Positions 30,811 to 44,339 of a stretch of 64,000 bases of DNA are shown here, one piece after another. The notes under the pieces are model-generated. The model made no database searches and had not been told where the DNA came from. It worked only from the letters and a program-made list of their open reading frames with translations. Position numbers and translations under genes: made by a program. The stretch is from Entomortierella parvispora E1425. Taxonomy: Eukaryota > Fungi > Mortierellomycota. Every line of letters starts with the position of its first letter. Positions within the stretch are counted from its first letter, which is position 1. The stretch is taken from contig BQFW01000006.1 in the NCBI GenBank assembly GCA_020891255.1, positions 1,116,001-1,180,000 on the forward strand. The letters are read 5' to 3'.

Positions 30811-33800
30811 ATGCACGAGGACAGGGACGAGGTGAGTGGTTGAGTGTTTCCACCCCTGATCGTGCTTCATTCGCTTTCCTCCTTTTCCCCTCTCCGTGTC
30901 ATTCCATCCTCCATTCCATGGGTCATTCGCAATGCAACTCATGTCACTCTCCCTACCTTGGTTTATCTCATAGTCAACCGTCGTTGACCTGGCTGTTACG
31001 AACTACCAGCCTCGACGCCAACAGCGACAACAACAGCAACAACAGCAACAGCAACCCGAGTCCTCCTCTTCCTTAGCCGCCTCGGTATATCCCTTCTCCA
31101 ACATCAGTCCTCCTACCTCTGCTGGTGCCGGGGTATCCAACGCAGCCGGGAGCAATGCCTCACCACGCAAAAAAAACAGATACTTCAAACCCCCGGAGAA
31201 GAAGGACTGCCCCCGCCATGCAGAGGGCCATCCACCCAACAAGTACACAACCAGGGACCTGGGCAACAAGCGCATCGTCTCACTCTTCTATGGATCGGAT
31301 GTCGTCCTCTTTGACAGCATCCTCGCCTACCGCCTCGGCAATCCAGACAGACGCGTCGAGGACGCGATCGACACCTTTGGTAAGATGATGAAACCTCGCC
31401 TGTCACCGAATGGAAGGACCGTTGGAGGCAGGGCCGACTCCTTGCAAGTGACCATCCATGCACCATCCTTTATTTCTCGCTCTTTGTTCTCTTCTCATTC
31501 TCTCTCCCTCTCCCCTCATGCGGACTCGTGTATGTAGAGGAACATCAAGGTGCAGATGCCATGGCCAACATCATCTATGAGACTCAGGCTTTTGATATGA
31601 TCTTCAAGTACCCCATCCCTGAACATCTTCGAACAAAGATTTCGGATGAACCCCCTGTCATCGGACTCGCCCCTGGCATCTCGGACATCGAGATCAGCTC
31701 CACCAGCAGCGCTGCCATGGCCCGCAGAGAAGCCAAAGCGGAACAACTACGTCTGGCAGAGGAGAAGACAAAGAAGCAGCGGGAACAGGCCATCCTTTTG
31801 TCGTCACTTGAGGCTGGAGGAGACAGGAAGGACCTTGAGGCTTTGGCCAAGGATCCAAAGGTGGAAAAGGAGGAAAAGTTGCAACGGTATCGCCATCGTT
31901 TCAAGAAGGCCATGTTAAAGGAGGGGCTTGTGATAGAGGAAGACCCGAGCATTGATGGCGACGAGATGTTTTTGAAGATCTACACTCCCTTCTGGAGACT
32001 TTGTATTGAGGCTCAACGATTGAGATACAAGGTCGAGCTCACGGTAAGCAAAAAAAAAAAAAAAATGACTTGTCTAGATGCTCTTTTATTTTGATGTGTC
32101 TAATTGTGGCTTCTATTTTTTCCCTCCCTCTTCTATGGACTTGGTTATGGATCATGTGTTGTCAATGCAGCACATCGAGACCAATAAGGACAAGGCAGAA
32201 GCGGACAAGGCGGCGGTCAAGGCAGCTTCCCAGGGATTCTTGAATCGTTATATCTGGAGGTTTATCCAGAGAGCCGATAATGTGTCCTTGCCCCTGCGTC
32301 CAGAGTCCTTGCTCTTTAAGGCCTCGAAGCTGCGCCACTATGCCCGTGCAGAGAAGTCTCGTAAATGGAGCGACATTGTCCGTCATGGAGGCGGTATCAG
32401 GCCCGATGGATCCGGAGTTGGATCCAACATGGGTTCTGATGGCAAGGATGGATTCTTCTCCACGGGTCGCCGTGGCAACCTGGTAAGAGCACAATTTGTG
32501 CTTTGCCCAAAACCCTGTGGATTTTTTAAGAGTGGGCTGTTGGCCCATGGGCAGGGCTCTCTTAATTCGCATGCATGGGAAAATGACCCTGTCTAACATG
32601 AATGCCGCGGTTACACTCACTTGTCATAGACGGAGAGTATCATCATCTATAGCAAATTCAGGACAAAGAAAGGCGACCGACATGCCCTCAAATCCGTCAT
32701 GGATAAAAAGGCGTTCTCAGCAATGTTCACATTGCACGACGGATCGTACAAGTCGAAGGTCCTGCCCGTACCCAACCGACGCACGCTTTTGTTCCAACAG
32801 TGGGTTCGCTCCCGGCATAGTCAGCCGCTGGAAGAGATTCGAATGTACTATGGAGAGAAAATTGCGCTGTATTTTGCATGGATTGGCCATTACACTCAAT
32901 GGCTCGTCTCGGCTGCCATCGTCGGTTTCGCCTTTTTGATTTTTGGACTTCTCAACTATTACGTCTTTGCAGGAGATGGCTTGTCCAAAAGCAACACAGT
33001 GGCTGCCCAAATGGGAGATATTTTCGACAATGCCTTGACGCTGCCATTCTCACTTTTCATGTCGGTCTGGTCATCTCTGTTTGTCGAGTTTTGGAAGCGA
33101 AAGAGCAGTGTGCTCGCATATGAGTGGAACACCCTGGACTTTGAACAACGAGAACGAGCTCGGCCAGAGTTTAAGCCTACAGGAACACGCATCTCTCCCG
33201 TGACAGGAAAGACAGAGTTGTATTACCCGCGTTACAAGCAGATTTTGTCTCTCATGACGAGCATCTTGGTCGTATTTGTTTCGATCGGTATTGTGATTGT
33301 CTCTGTAGGATCGCTCATGTTGTTTGGAGTTATTTTACGACGTGGTTCTCCTGGCAACTACAAGACTACAGCCATCACTGCCGTACTGAATTTGGTGGTT
33401 ATTATGGCTCTTGGCACAGTATATGCTCGACTTGCAAAGTTTTTGACAGATAATGAGAATCACCGTCGTCTCACTCAATATCAAGGTAAGTTGTCAATGG
33501 AGCCTTTGACTCTTGTTTGCGTTCATCTTACTCATTGTAAGTGCTCTTGTTATTGTTGTAGATGCCTTGATCATCAAGCGATTCCTATTTGATTTCGTCA
33601 ATTTTTACTCTGCGCTGGTTTATATTGGGTACCTCAAGGACAACGTTGGAAGCACAGCCAAGATCTACAAGACACAGACCTACCACGATCAATGTGTGGA
33701 GTCCTGTATGAATGAGCTCACTATCCAGCTTGCCATTGTGTTTGTGGGAAAGCAGTTTTTGAACCAGGCTCAGGAGTTGGCAATCCCTCAGCTCCAAAAG

Positions 33801-35021
33801 TGGTGGAACAGGAAGAATGAGCTTGCAGAAAAGGCGAAATTTGTCGGAAAGTACAAGGACAAGAAGCCAAACATGGTCAAGCCTCCTCAGTGGGCCAAAG
33901 ACGACATCTTGCCGGACTACAATCCCCAGATGTTTGAGGAATACCGAGAGTTGGTGATCCAATTTGGATTCTGTACCTTGTTTGTGGTCGCTTTCCCGAT
34001 CGCGCCCATTTTCGCTCTGTTGAACAATGCTCTGGAGATTCGAGTTGACGCTTACAAGCTCTTGACTCAGCATCGTCGCCCCATTGCCCAAGCCGCTCAA
34101 GATATCGGTAGGTTTTAATAGCGCCAACATTCCTGATTGTTGACAGTCAGTCAAAGAAAATTCTGGGGGGCCTTTCTAACCTATTTCCTTATTTCTGGCT
34201 CGATGAAACAATAGGGAGCTGGGAATACATTCTGACGCTGTTGACACATCTCTCAGTCTTTACCAACGCATGTTTGATCGCCTTCCGATCCACCTGGATG
34301 AAAAACAACGTTTTTACTGCTGTGCAGTGGTACACGCCTACTCCGGAGGGATCGAATGAGACTAACTTCACATTGCTCGCAGTCCAACTTCTCTTCATCT
34401 TTATTTACGAGGTAATGGACTGTCTTGCCTAAAGGATAAGCCAGAATGGATGTTTTCTTGCAATGTGCCGCATTCGGTCGGTTATACTAAGCCTTTTGCT
34501 CCCTTCTGTTTTTCGATTAGCATGTTGTGCTGTTGATTAAGGTTCTCATTGCCTATCTGGTGCATGATGTTCCTCAGACAGTGAAGTTGGCGATTGAGCG
34601 TGAGAACTACTACACTCGTTTGGCACTGAATGACGAAGAACCAGCCATGGACGAGGTATTGGAAGACCTTGATGATGATACCGACGACAGCGATGATGAG
34701 GACGAGGTTCGGAAGCAGCGGTACCTCAATATGGATGATACCTATACCAATTACGAGCACGATCCCTCGGATGAGAAGGACCTCTCTGCAGAGACGACGG
34801 AGGAACAGGAAGATGCCGAGGATGAGGCAGAATTGGAGGCGTTGATCAAGGCTGGAGGTTGTGGCTGTGCCGCCCATGGCGATGGCTTGTTGGGTACGGC
34901 CAAGGGTGGATTCGAGACCACGTGGATGAACCGATTCCGTCCCGAGAGCCAGGCGGTGTTGAGGAGACGACAACAGAGGCAAAGGAAGAGGCAGCAGGCA
35001 CAAGAAAAGGGTCAAGCTTAA
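30811..35021 (+). CDS. Anoctamin / TMEM16-family Ca2+-activated scramblase/channel
   Basis: Multi-exon, first exon MHEDRDE at 30811-30831. Motifs QPLEEIRMYYGEKIALYFAW, FVEFWKRK, RERARPEF, LIIKRFLFDFVNFYS, EYRELVIQFGF..LF..AFP.AP.FALLNN.LEIRVDAYKL, and RRPIAQAAQDIGAW. Confidence 0.92.
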
Positions 35022-35260
35022 GACAAGTTCTGGAATCAAGTCCTTTGAGTACTGTGGAGGAGGACGAGACCCTATCCTCTCTCTCATAATTTATCTACAA
35101 TTTCAACAAAATAATAATAGCCATGTTTTTTTCTATCTGTCAAAGGGAGCTTTTGTTTATTGAGCGAGTCGATGATGATGATGATATGAAGTCGAAAAGC
35201 GATGCAATAATGAGGGTATTTAAAACTTTTTGATATTTAGATGATGCTGTTTGTTTCTCT

Positions 35261-37801
35261 CTACTGGGTCTTGTCCGTCTCCTTCTCCTTCTCGATGTCA
35301 AGAGACACTATACTACTCGTCCCGGATGAGGCACCAGCGGCGCCACCAATGGTACTAGAGCTGCTGTTGTTGCCATGCCCGACCGCCTCCAAAATCTCCT
35401 CCTTGTCGCCGTAGACGTTCTCGACGCGATGGGAAGTGGCAGGGATGGTCGATGCTTCTTCCAGATCCAGGGGTGCACCGCCCTCTTCTGGGAACTGATC
35501 GGGGTCTCTGTTGGCTGCAAAGAGGACAACAGCGAGGATGCCAACGCCGCCCATGACACCATAGGCATAGAAGGCAGAGCTGTAACCCTCCATCAAGGCC
35601 AGATCGTCACCGACGGCAGGTGTGTGGGCCTCTGCAATGATGTTGGCAATGGCCAAGCCAATCGGGGCACCCATCTGGATTCCGACGTTGTACACTTTTG
35701 AAGAAGGCAAAAAAAAAAAAAAAAGTGTTAACTACAGATTCCGAAATGACACGACTGTTAGGTTCAGTTGCCCCACAAACACGGATCGTCTATCTTACCT
35801 GCACCGACGACACCTTGATCCTCATCAGCGGCATCAGCGACGGCGTTGACCTGGCAACACATCCAAGTAGGGGAGAGGCCACAAAAGTTGACAATCAAGG
35901 CTGGGAAGGCCCAGTGCCAGTAAGTCGTGTTGGGGGAGCACTGAGCAAAGAGGACACTGGAAACAATGATAAAGACCAGGCCGACAATCATGATGAACTT
36001 TGTCCTAGTGATGGCAAACAACCGAGTAACGGTGTAGAGACCAAACATCAAACCGACACCATGGACGATATAACAACAGGCCGTGATCAGGGCGTTGAAG
36101 TGCATCACGTTCTGGAAGGTCAAGGACGAATAAAAGATCATGGTGTTGTAGGTAGCGGTCAAGCACACAATGATGATGATGGAACTGGCGAACCGACGGG
36201 ACTTCCAGATGTGAAAGGGCATGATGGGGTACTCGATCTTGGATTCAATAATCACAAAGGCGATCAAAAAAGCGATACCAACGGCAAAGGGGGCCAAAGT
36301 CTGGGCAGCGGCCCAGCCTGAGGTCGTGGACTCTGTGAGGTAATAGATGATGGCAATGATGCCGACCGTGAAGCAAGCGGCACCACCATAGTCGATACGG
36401 AGATCCACAGGCTTGCCTGTCAGGGTCGAGATGCGGTTCTTGTCGGGCTGATAATCAGGAATCACCAAGAATCCGGCAAAGGAGAGAGCAAAGGAGAGGA
36501 TTGCGGTCAGGTAAAAGATCCAGGACCAACCAATGGTCGCGTCAAGGACACCGCCGAGCAAGACACCGATGGTTTGACTACAAAGAGAAAAAAAAATGAA
36601 GCAAGCAAGATGAAATTGGATCCAACGAGTTAGATTCCAGGCCCTTCTTTGTTACGGTGGTTGCGATCTGCTGCAGGCGTGTTGCAGGCGATCCATGTGG
36701 CTTTCCCTTTTCATACTGCATCCACCTACCCAGTAATGGCTGCACCACTGAACACGGAAAGAGCAAATGTACGCTCAGGACCTTGACGATAACTGGTCGT
36801 CAACAACGCGAGAGCCGATGGACTAAAAAAGGAATACAAAGAAAAAAAAAAGTTTAGGCCAACAACGTTTACGTGCCTAGCAGCCTAGCAAAAAGAACTG
36901 TGCGCCATCGTGGGGAAAAAAGTGAGGATAGTCATACATTGTGAATCCAGCACCAGCTCCTTCCATGGCACGAGCAACAGACATGAAGATTGGACTTCTG
37001 GCAAAGCCGCACACGAGGGCCCAAATAGCGAACCAAGAGGTACCTGAATGTTGTCATGAAAGTGTTAGTTTTTATCGGACTACTCATTCCGCGGAGCAAG
37101 GGGGCAATGAACAGCTATGCACTTTCAATAGAACAACGTAGGAGGCAATGCTTACCAAGTAAAAAGATACGCTTGTGGCCAAAGAGATCACCCTGAGTGG
37201 CGAACAGAGAAAGGAAAAAAGATGGAAGAGTCATAAGGAACTGTGGCTAACAGGATCTTCCCATTTTTCTCTCGCAGTAACAGGAGCATTTTTTTCATTT
37301 CTTTTTTTTGGGACGGGTAACTTACCATGCGACCTCCAACGAGCAAAAACGCGGCGTATGTGAGAGCGTAGGCGCTCACGCACCTACAACATAGGAGGAC
37401 CCACGCACAGGAGATGCAGAACAGGCACGTTAGATGTCAAAGCTCAAATTGCAAAAAAAAGAGGAGGAAGACACAAGGGACATTGCATGCGTTTTTATGA
37501 ACAGATGATGGCCTGCTTCTTTCATGGTCGAGATAAAAATATCACCCCACGGGACTCACCATTGAAGCTGATTAGGGTGGTATCCAACATCTCGGAGGAT
37601 GGAAGGCAATGCAATAGTAATGGAGGCCACATTGATGATGTCGAGCATGGCGGCCATCGATACCAAGAACAGGAGGAGACCCTTGATTTCGCGCAGTCGT
37701 CTGAACCAAGGTAGGGCATTCCTGATCGAGGAAGGCTTTGAGTTTGGTTCTGGAGTGGTTACTGTAGACTCGACTACAGACTCGTGGGCGGTATCCGACA
37801 T
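35261..37801 (-). CDS. MFS transporter, DHA2/EmrB-QacA-like (14-TM type)
   Basis: Multi-exon. Motifs AAMLDIINVASITIAL, YALTYAAFLLVGGRM, IGWSWIFY and LRIDYGGA, with many TM helices. Confidence 0.85.
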
Positions 37802-39009
37802 GGTAGTCTTAGTCTTGTGGAGAATGAAAGGACGGAGATTATTATTTTTTTGGGACGGGAAATAAACTGCGCAAGCAAAGGGACGCGTCGAAATGTATGA
37901 AAAACGGCAAGGAGCGGGGAGATGAAGTAGTAGATCAAATGTAGGAACAGGAGGAGCAGTAGAAGCAGGGGGAAGAAGATATTGAGGTTGAATAATTCGG
38001 AGCGGAGAGTTCGATGAGTTGGAGGCAAGGAAGGATGAGTGGAGGATGGTCTGAAGAAGGAAGGTTGGGGGTGTTTGCGGAAGATACCCCTCCTTTTATA
38101 ATTTTTTGTTGTTTGTCGGGCCTTGTCGGTGTTTATTTGGAGGGACGCCGCGAGTTGGTCCATGGCTTTGCGCACATTGTACCGAGATTGTGCGGAAAAT
38201 GGACAGGTTGATCAAACTGCGCAATGCCCAGTAATGTCCACCTTTCCACCACCACCATTGGATCCATGAATCACGGACTTTGAGCGGGGGCAGGAGACAG
38301 ACAAAAGCATCCACAAAAAGAGAAAAAATAGAGGGATTGACCCTTGACGTCTGCTCAGGAATTCACTGGGAACACCTCCACCGTCCAGTGTCCACCCTCT
38401 TGCTTCCCCTGTTCAGAGCGGACAATCAACCAATGGCTCTTGCTGTTGTGATTTGCTCTCTTTTGCTTGTTTTTTTTTCTCCTTCCCGTTGAGATGCAGC
38501 AGTAATTGACTCGTACTACACTTGCATGCTCTGTATCCTCTCACTAGTCTCTGTCCTTCCTTTATTTCTTCCCCTTTCTGTGTCCACAACGACCCCTGCA
38601 CGCGTCGTTTAGGTTTGTCGTCGACCTTATTTCGGGACATCGCCCCCGAAAAATTTGCGCCCAGCCGGACTTTTTTCTCTCTTTCTTTTTGAACTGACGA
38701 ATTGTACATGTACACGGCGGAAGTGCGCAGGGGAGGCGGAAGATCCCCTCCAATGACGCTGGGGGAGAGAAGAGCATCCCTTTTTCGTTTTAAACTTCCA
38801 ATAGGCTTTGTTTGTAATCCTGGCATCCTGACCTTCTGCCCGTTCCACAGTTGATGGCGAGAGAGGGAAAAGAAGAAAAGTACAGAACTTTGGCAACGAA
38901 GCATCAACAATGCACACACAAATACAATCCATGCATTAATCAGCGGCCTTCATTGCCTTATTTCTATTGTGGTATGATTCTATTGTCCAATGGCGTTTGG
39001 AAGCGCTTT

Positions 39010-40748
39010 CTAGAGTCTTGACTTTGTGAACTCGGCGTCAGTCCGATGGGTGTCCGAGAGGCCGTCCAGGAACGCGGACATGAGAATTGCTAATGAAACG
39101 ATAGGGGACGCGCAGCCTTATTATTAGTTACCCGTTCCTGAACCCGAGAAAGGGAAATGACGGGAAAAGGGGGAGAGAAGGGTAGGAGAGCGAGACAGAG
39201 AAAGAAATAGAAAAAGGAAGGGGCAGGGGTATTTCTGGTTCACTTACTAACTTCCTCTGGTTTCTCAAGGCAGACCAGATGTCCAGAGCCCTTGACCACA
39301 TCCAGGGACCCATACTTGCAATTCTTGAGTTTGGCACTTCCCAAGGCAGGGGGACTGTGCAGATGGTGAGTACATAGGAAGATGGCGTCAGTCAAAAGAG
39401 AAAAAGCAGAGATGCGCAACCCATTCATATCAGCAAGTTGGCCGGAGAGGTGCATACTTGATATCAGATGTTTCGCCCAAGATCAAGTACACTGGAATAT
39501 GAAGATCGGCCAGTCGATTAAAGGCGTCATGAACGGCATTGCCTTCATTCGCAAAGGTAATTGCCTCTTGGAATTTCGGTCCCTTCAACGTCAAGAAGGT
39601 CGATCCATCCTCTTTTACACCTTCAAGCATGCCATGTTCCTGCGGCGATACGGGTCGGACATCAATCGGAAGTGTGGTTAGGGCTTTTTTTTCATCTTAT
39701 TGCATGCAGTAAAGCTAGAGTTTGGAACTTACCAAGTAAATCTCGAATGCCTCAGGGTGAATGGCCCTGAAGAACTTTTTGGACAGCAAATCCTCCCTTG
39801 CATGGAGTCTGTGATCCGCATCGATATGAATGAACTGAACGGTTAATTGCACTGCCTTGGCTGGACACAATCAATGATCACTCGCAAAAAAAAAAAAAAA
39901 GCTTACCTATCCTTCCAAACATCGCGCCTTCTCAACGTTGCTTGTCCCATGGGGTTCTCAGCAAGTGGCAAATTGACGTACCAACCATCAGGGAACATGG
40001 TGGGTTCGATCGCAATAATCGAGGAAAAAGTTCCTGGTCGCAGAGATTCAGCCAGAATGCTATCCATCGTAACATCAAACAAAAAGTTAGGAATTATAAT
40101 GCTTGTGGATCCAACAAGTCTAAACTCAGTTGATACTATGAAATTTGACTCCTACAAGGCGCTTGCTCCTACACTACAAGTCGAGGAGGAAAGAATTCAG
40201 TGCTCAGAAAGAACTTGTTTTGAAATGTTTAGGACAATCCAAGCGAGACGCGCGATGCATCTTAAAGAGACTGTGTTACCTGTGGCCAACTCCGATGACG
40301 TTCTTCAGGCCAAAAGTGTCGATCATCTTGAGAACGTCGCGAGCATACCAGTACCAATTGCCTGCACATTGCGCACCGAGATGTTAGCACAGGGTAAAGA
40401 TCGGATTGATCAAAAGGAAGCGTCAACCGCCAACGACTTACATTGATCTTCAAGGACGTCTTTGTTGAGGACAGCACTCTCACCCATGTTGCGGAGATCA
40501 AGAGCGTACATATCACTGTTGCACCAAGGAGATCCCAAGCGAGCCATGACTGGCTCCCAGACTTCCTTGTGGAAGCCATTGGCGTGGGCAAAGAGAATGG
40601 GCAGAGTCTTGATGCGGGAGCGAGCATCTTTGCTAGAGTCCGGAACAAGTTTATAGGCGTTGCACGCTATGGAGAAGTGTTCAGTGGAAGCAGGAATGGT
40701 GTAACTCGTCATGTGATGTCGTGAGCGAAAGGAATCTAATGGGGTCAT
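39010..40748 (-). CDS. Alpha/beta hydrolase with C-terminal SRL (putative peroxisomal PTS1)
   Basis: Start GCCACCATG at 40748. Motifs ILFAHANGFHKEVWEP, YALDLRNMGES, spliced GHS|VG nucleophile and GHLVCLEKPEE. The modelled last exon 39089-39010 ends ..AEFTKSRL*. Confidence 0.75.
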
Positions 40749-41814
40749 GGTGGCACTGTTTCAGGCTGAATGCGAATGGGAGGGATTGATGAAGGGAGAG
40801 TGAAAGAGGGAATGAAAGAACGGAGGAGAAAATCCTTCCTTTCGGTGAAGGGAGAACGTTCCTGTGTTGCACCCCGTGTCACCACCAACGGTGCGTGCTT
40901 GCTTCGCTGCGAGTGCGGCTGCCCGCATTGGCAATTGGCAGCGGATCGGTTCCAGTCCTGACTGGGTGTTGTTCACACAAGGCACGATGCCCCGATTCTC
41001 GTTGTCTTAAATCCGGCCGTTGGAATCCCATCGATCGTCTCGTAGTCGGAATAAAATATTGCCACTAAAGTACCATTTAATCCAGCATTTTTATTCAATG
41101 AACAGGCGAGGCGAGCACGCGGCAATTGGCAAAAAGCAGGTTGTCCACTTTTAGCTCAAGATGGACCCACCACAAGGTTCGCAGTTGTGGCCCTTGCTGG
41201 TGCTCTTGCCTCGTTCTCTTCAGGTGCTCGTGTGCTGGTTGGTCCTTTCTGACTTTTGTTTGTGTGCACTCAAAAAAACCATAAGCGATCCACGGTGGGC
41301 AACATGCCCCCAACTGGAAGGACAGTGCGATCCCAAGGCACAAACACGGTGCGGCCCAGCCAACTGTTCAACAATCAACAAGTTTTTTGTCAACCCTACC
41401 GAGGGGGCGAGGCAACAACCTTTTCTTCTTTATCTCTCCACTTGCTCTTCATCTCCCACTTTCCAGCTCCTTGGCCTTCTTTCTCCCACCCTCTCTGCAA
41501 CCCCTGCACGTCTTTTCTATTTAGCTGTTTGCCACACCTCGCTCATCGCGCTTGTCATTCAGTTCCTGCGACCGTCCTTCATCTCCATTGCACCGCCGTC
41601 TTCATCTCATCTCTGCTCGTCCTCATCTCTGCTCAACCATCAGCGACGTCCATCCCGTCCTGAGACCCGGCCATGCATCCGAGCACGACCCCCTCGCCGG
41701 ATGCATCTTTTCCAGGCATTGGTACGGACAAAAAGGACAAAGAGGGAAGAGAGTCTTCTCCACACGTCTGTTCCGCACTAAAAGCCAAAAATTATTGTCG
41801 GCCCCTGGACATCA

Positions 41815-43872
41815 ATGTCTCACACGCATTCTCATGTTCCGCTCGACTTAGCCCACTACACGTTTCTTCGCCAGCTCGGTCAAGGCCGTTTCTGTGTCGT
41901 CCATCTGGGCAGGCACTTTTATACGCAAAAGCTGGTACGGGGCTTGCCTTTCGTTTTTTTTGGACGGGTGGACGGAGGACATATGAAATGCAATGGGTGC
42001 AGGATGCACAAGCGAGAAGGAGACAGGGTTATTCAGCTTGAACAAGGAGCGGGACGGGGAGACGCAAGGCAAAAAAAAAACGTGTCCTGTATTCCAAGGG
42101 CAAGGGGGGACGATATCCACTCGACGACGACACTAGTTCATTCCCAACCTGCCTTCTGGGCCCCAACTCACCAGCTAGAAAAGCAGTGGGTCGAATCCCA
42201 TCGCAGGAATGACTCCCCCATCCCCATCCCCTTACGATCTAAATGACAATGGACTAATAGAAAGCTGACACTGGATCAACCATCTCCTCTTCGATAGTAT
42301 GCTGTCAAGGTGATTGATAAACAGGCGCATAAGCCCGATATCCTGCACCGGCTTCGGAGAGAAATTGAGCTCATGGAGTCACTGGATCACCCCAACATTG
42401 TCAAGCTTCACGAGGTGATAGAAACACAGTTCTCAATCTATGTCTGCATGGAATACGTTGAAGGTCAGTAGATCACCTTCGACTTCTTTGCATATTTTGT
42501 GTGCAACCACAACAAATCCTTGCCACCAAGCCTGCTGACCCATGCTCTCCCTTGCTGAATCCTGCAGGCTGCAGTCTGGAGCAACTCCTCAAGAATCAAC
42601 TCCTGGGAAGGTTGTGCGAAAGTGATGCGCGCAGTATCACCCGCGAACTTGCCAGTGCTGTTTCGCATTGCCACTCTCGATTCGTAGTTCACAGAGATCT
42701 TAAGCCGGCCAATGTTCTCATCACTCCTGGCGGCAAGGTCATGCTGATCGACTTTGGCCTTGGCAACACCTTTTCCTACCGTTCACGACTCAATACGATT
42801 TGTGGTATGTTTTTTTTATTGACACGTAAATCTCTATGGATGAGCTTGGCAGTGCGGCCAGTTAACAATCATTGTCCCTTTAGGATCCCTCCCATATTAC
42901 TCTCCAGAGATCGCTCGAGGATCGAATTATACAGGGCCGGAAGTCGACATTTGGTGCCTTGGCGTCACTCTTTTCAGGATGGTCGTAGGACACGATCCCT
43001 TCATTGGCAACACGAAGCGCGATGTCAAAGCCATGATCACGCAGGGAACATTTCGGCTACCATCAAATCTCAGCAACCCTCTTCAGGCGACTTTGCTCAA
43101 GCTTCTTGCACCTGAAAGCTGTAAAAGACGCAATCTTGGCATCTTGGAGGGCGATCCCTGGCTACATGGTGATTCAATGGAACAGCTGCCACCTTTCCTG
43201 TCTGAAGACAGAGGGATGGGTGAGAACAGTCGACTGAGCGGCACGACTCTGATTCGCCATTCATCAAAACACATATGGAAGAGGCATTCCCAAACAGAGA
43301 GCTACTACTACGGAAAGAACGGGTCTCTTCTTGGCAGTCGTTCCCTGCTGGCAGATATGACCGGTGGAGGCATCTGGCAGCTCGACAAGGCTCAGCCGCG
43401 GTTCCACAAGAACCGGATCCGACTTTTGCCCAGTCCCGGGGCAGAGAGCGATCAGTTGTTCAGGAAGGACATCGATTTGAGTCTGCTTCAATTCCTGATG
43501 CCGATACTGTGGAACTGTCGCGTGTCCTATTATCTTCACTCAACCTCCCGTATCCTGTGCGGGACCAGTTTCGATAGGGACTCTTCCATCTCCAAGAACC
43601 AAGCCGCCATTGTACTTTCAAAGTTTGTGCACCACCTCGGAGCAGTCATGACCGGCTCGTTGACAGTCTCTCCTACCCATACTCCCGGAACATCAATGGC
43701 TCGCTCAGGTGTCTTTTCTATTGACATTGTCAAAGAGAGAGGGAGTGACAAGAGTGGTTACCTCTTGATTGTCAAGCGACTCTTTGGGTCCTCAAGCACC
43801 GTGCAACACTTCAAGAAGCAGTTCTTGCAGAACGCAGCTTCACGCGATGATGTCGGAGCTACCTTTATCTAA
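41815..43872 (+). CDS. Ser/Thr protein kinase, CAMK group (AMPK/MARK-Kin1-like)
   Basis: Exons 41815-41934, 42298-42463, 42568-42804 and 42884-43872. Motifs LGQGRF, YAVKVIDK, HPNIVKL, HRDLKPAN, DFG, CG|SLPYYSPE and DIWCLGV. Confidence 0.88.
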
Positions 43873-44339
43873 ATCCTGTTTCAGGGACAACCTTGCATCC
43901 ACTTTCGAAGGCGGTGGCATGTCAACATCTATACCTTTCGGCCCTCTGCCATACCCTTTTCAGGCCATCCGTATCTTGTAATAATAATAACCAACTTTTT
44001 GATGCCAATGTGAGAATCTGTCTGTGTGTGTGTCTCTTCCTTGTCTGTGTCCATGTGTTGTGGATTTGGGACCTCGAACGACCAACATGCTCTCAAGACA
44101 GCCAGAGGGAAGAAAGCATGCATCAGTTCCTCTAAACCAGACCAAGTTGAGCCGCCGAAACACAGGACAGAGACACACAAATACAGCCATCGCCTTCTCT
44201 TTCTCATCTCCGTCCCTTCATCACCACCGTCCCACTGCCACCGTCTTTTTGTCATCTTACCTTGACCGATCCTTGCCTTTTTCTTTATTCATCCTTACAT
44301 CACTCTTCACCTCCTCCATCATCCCGTCTTTCACACACA

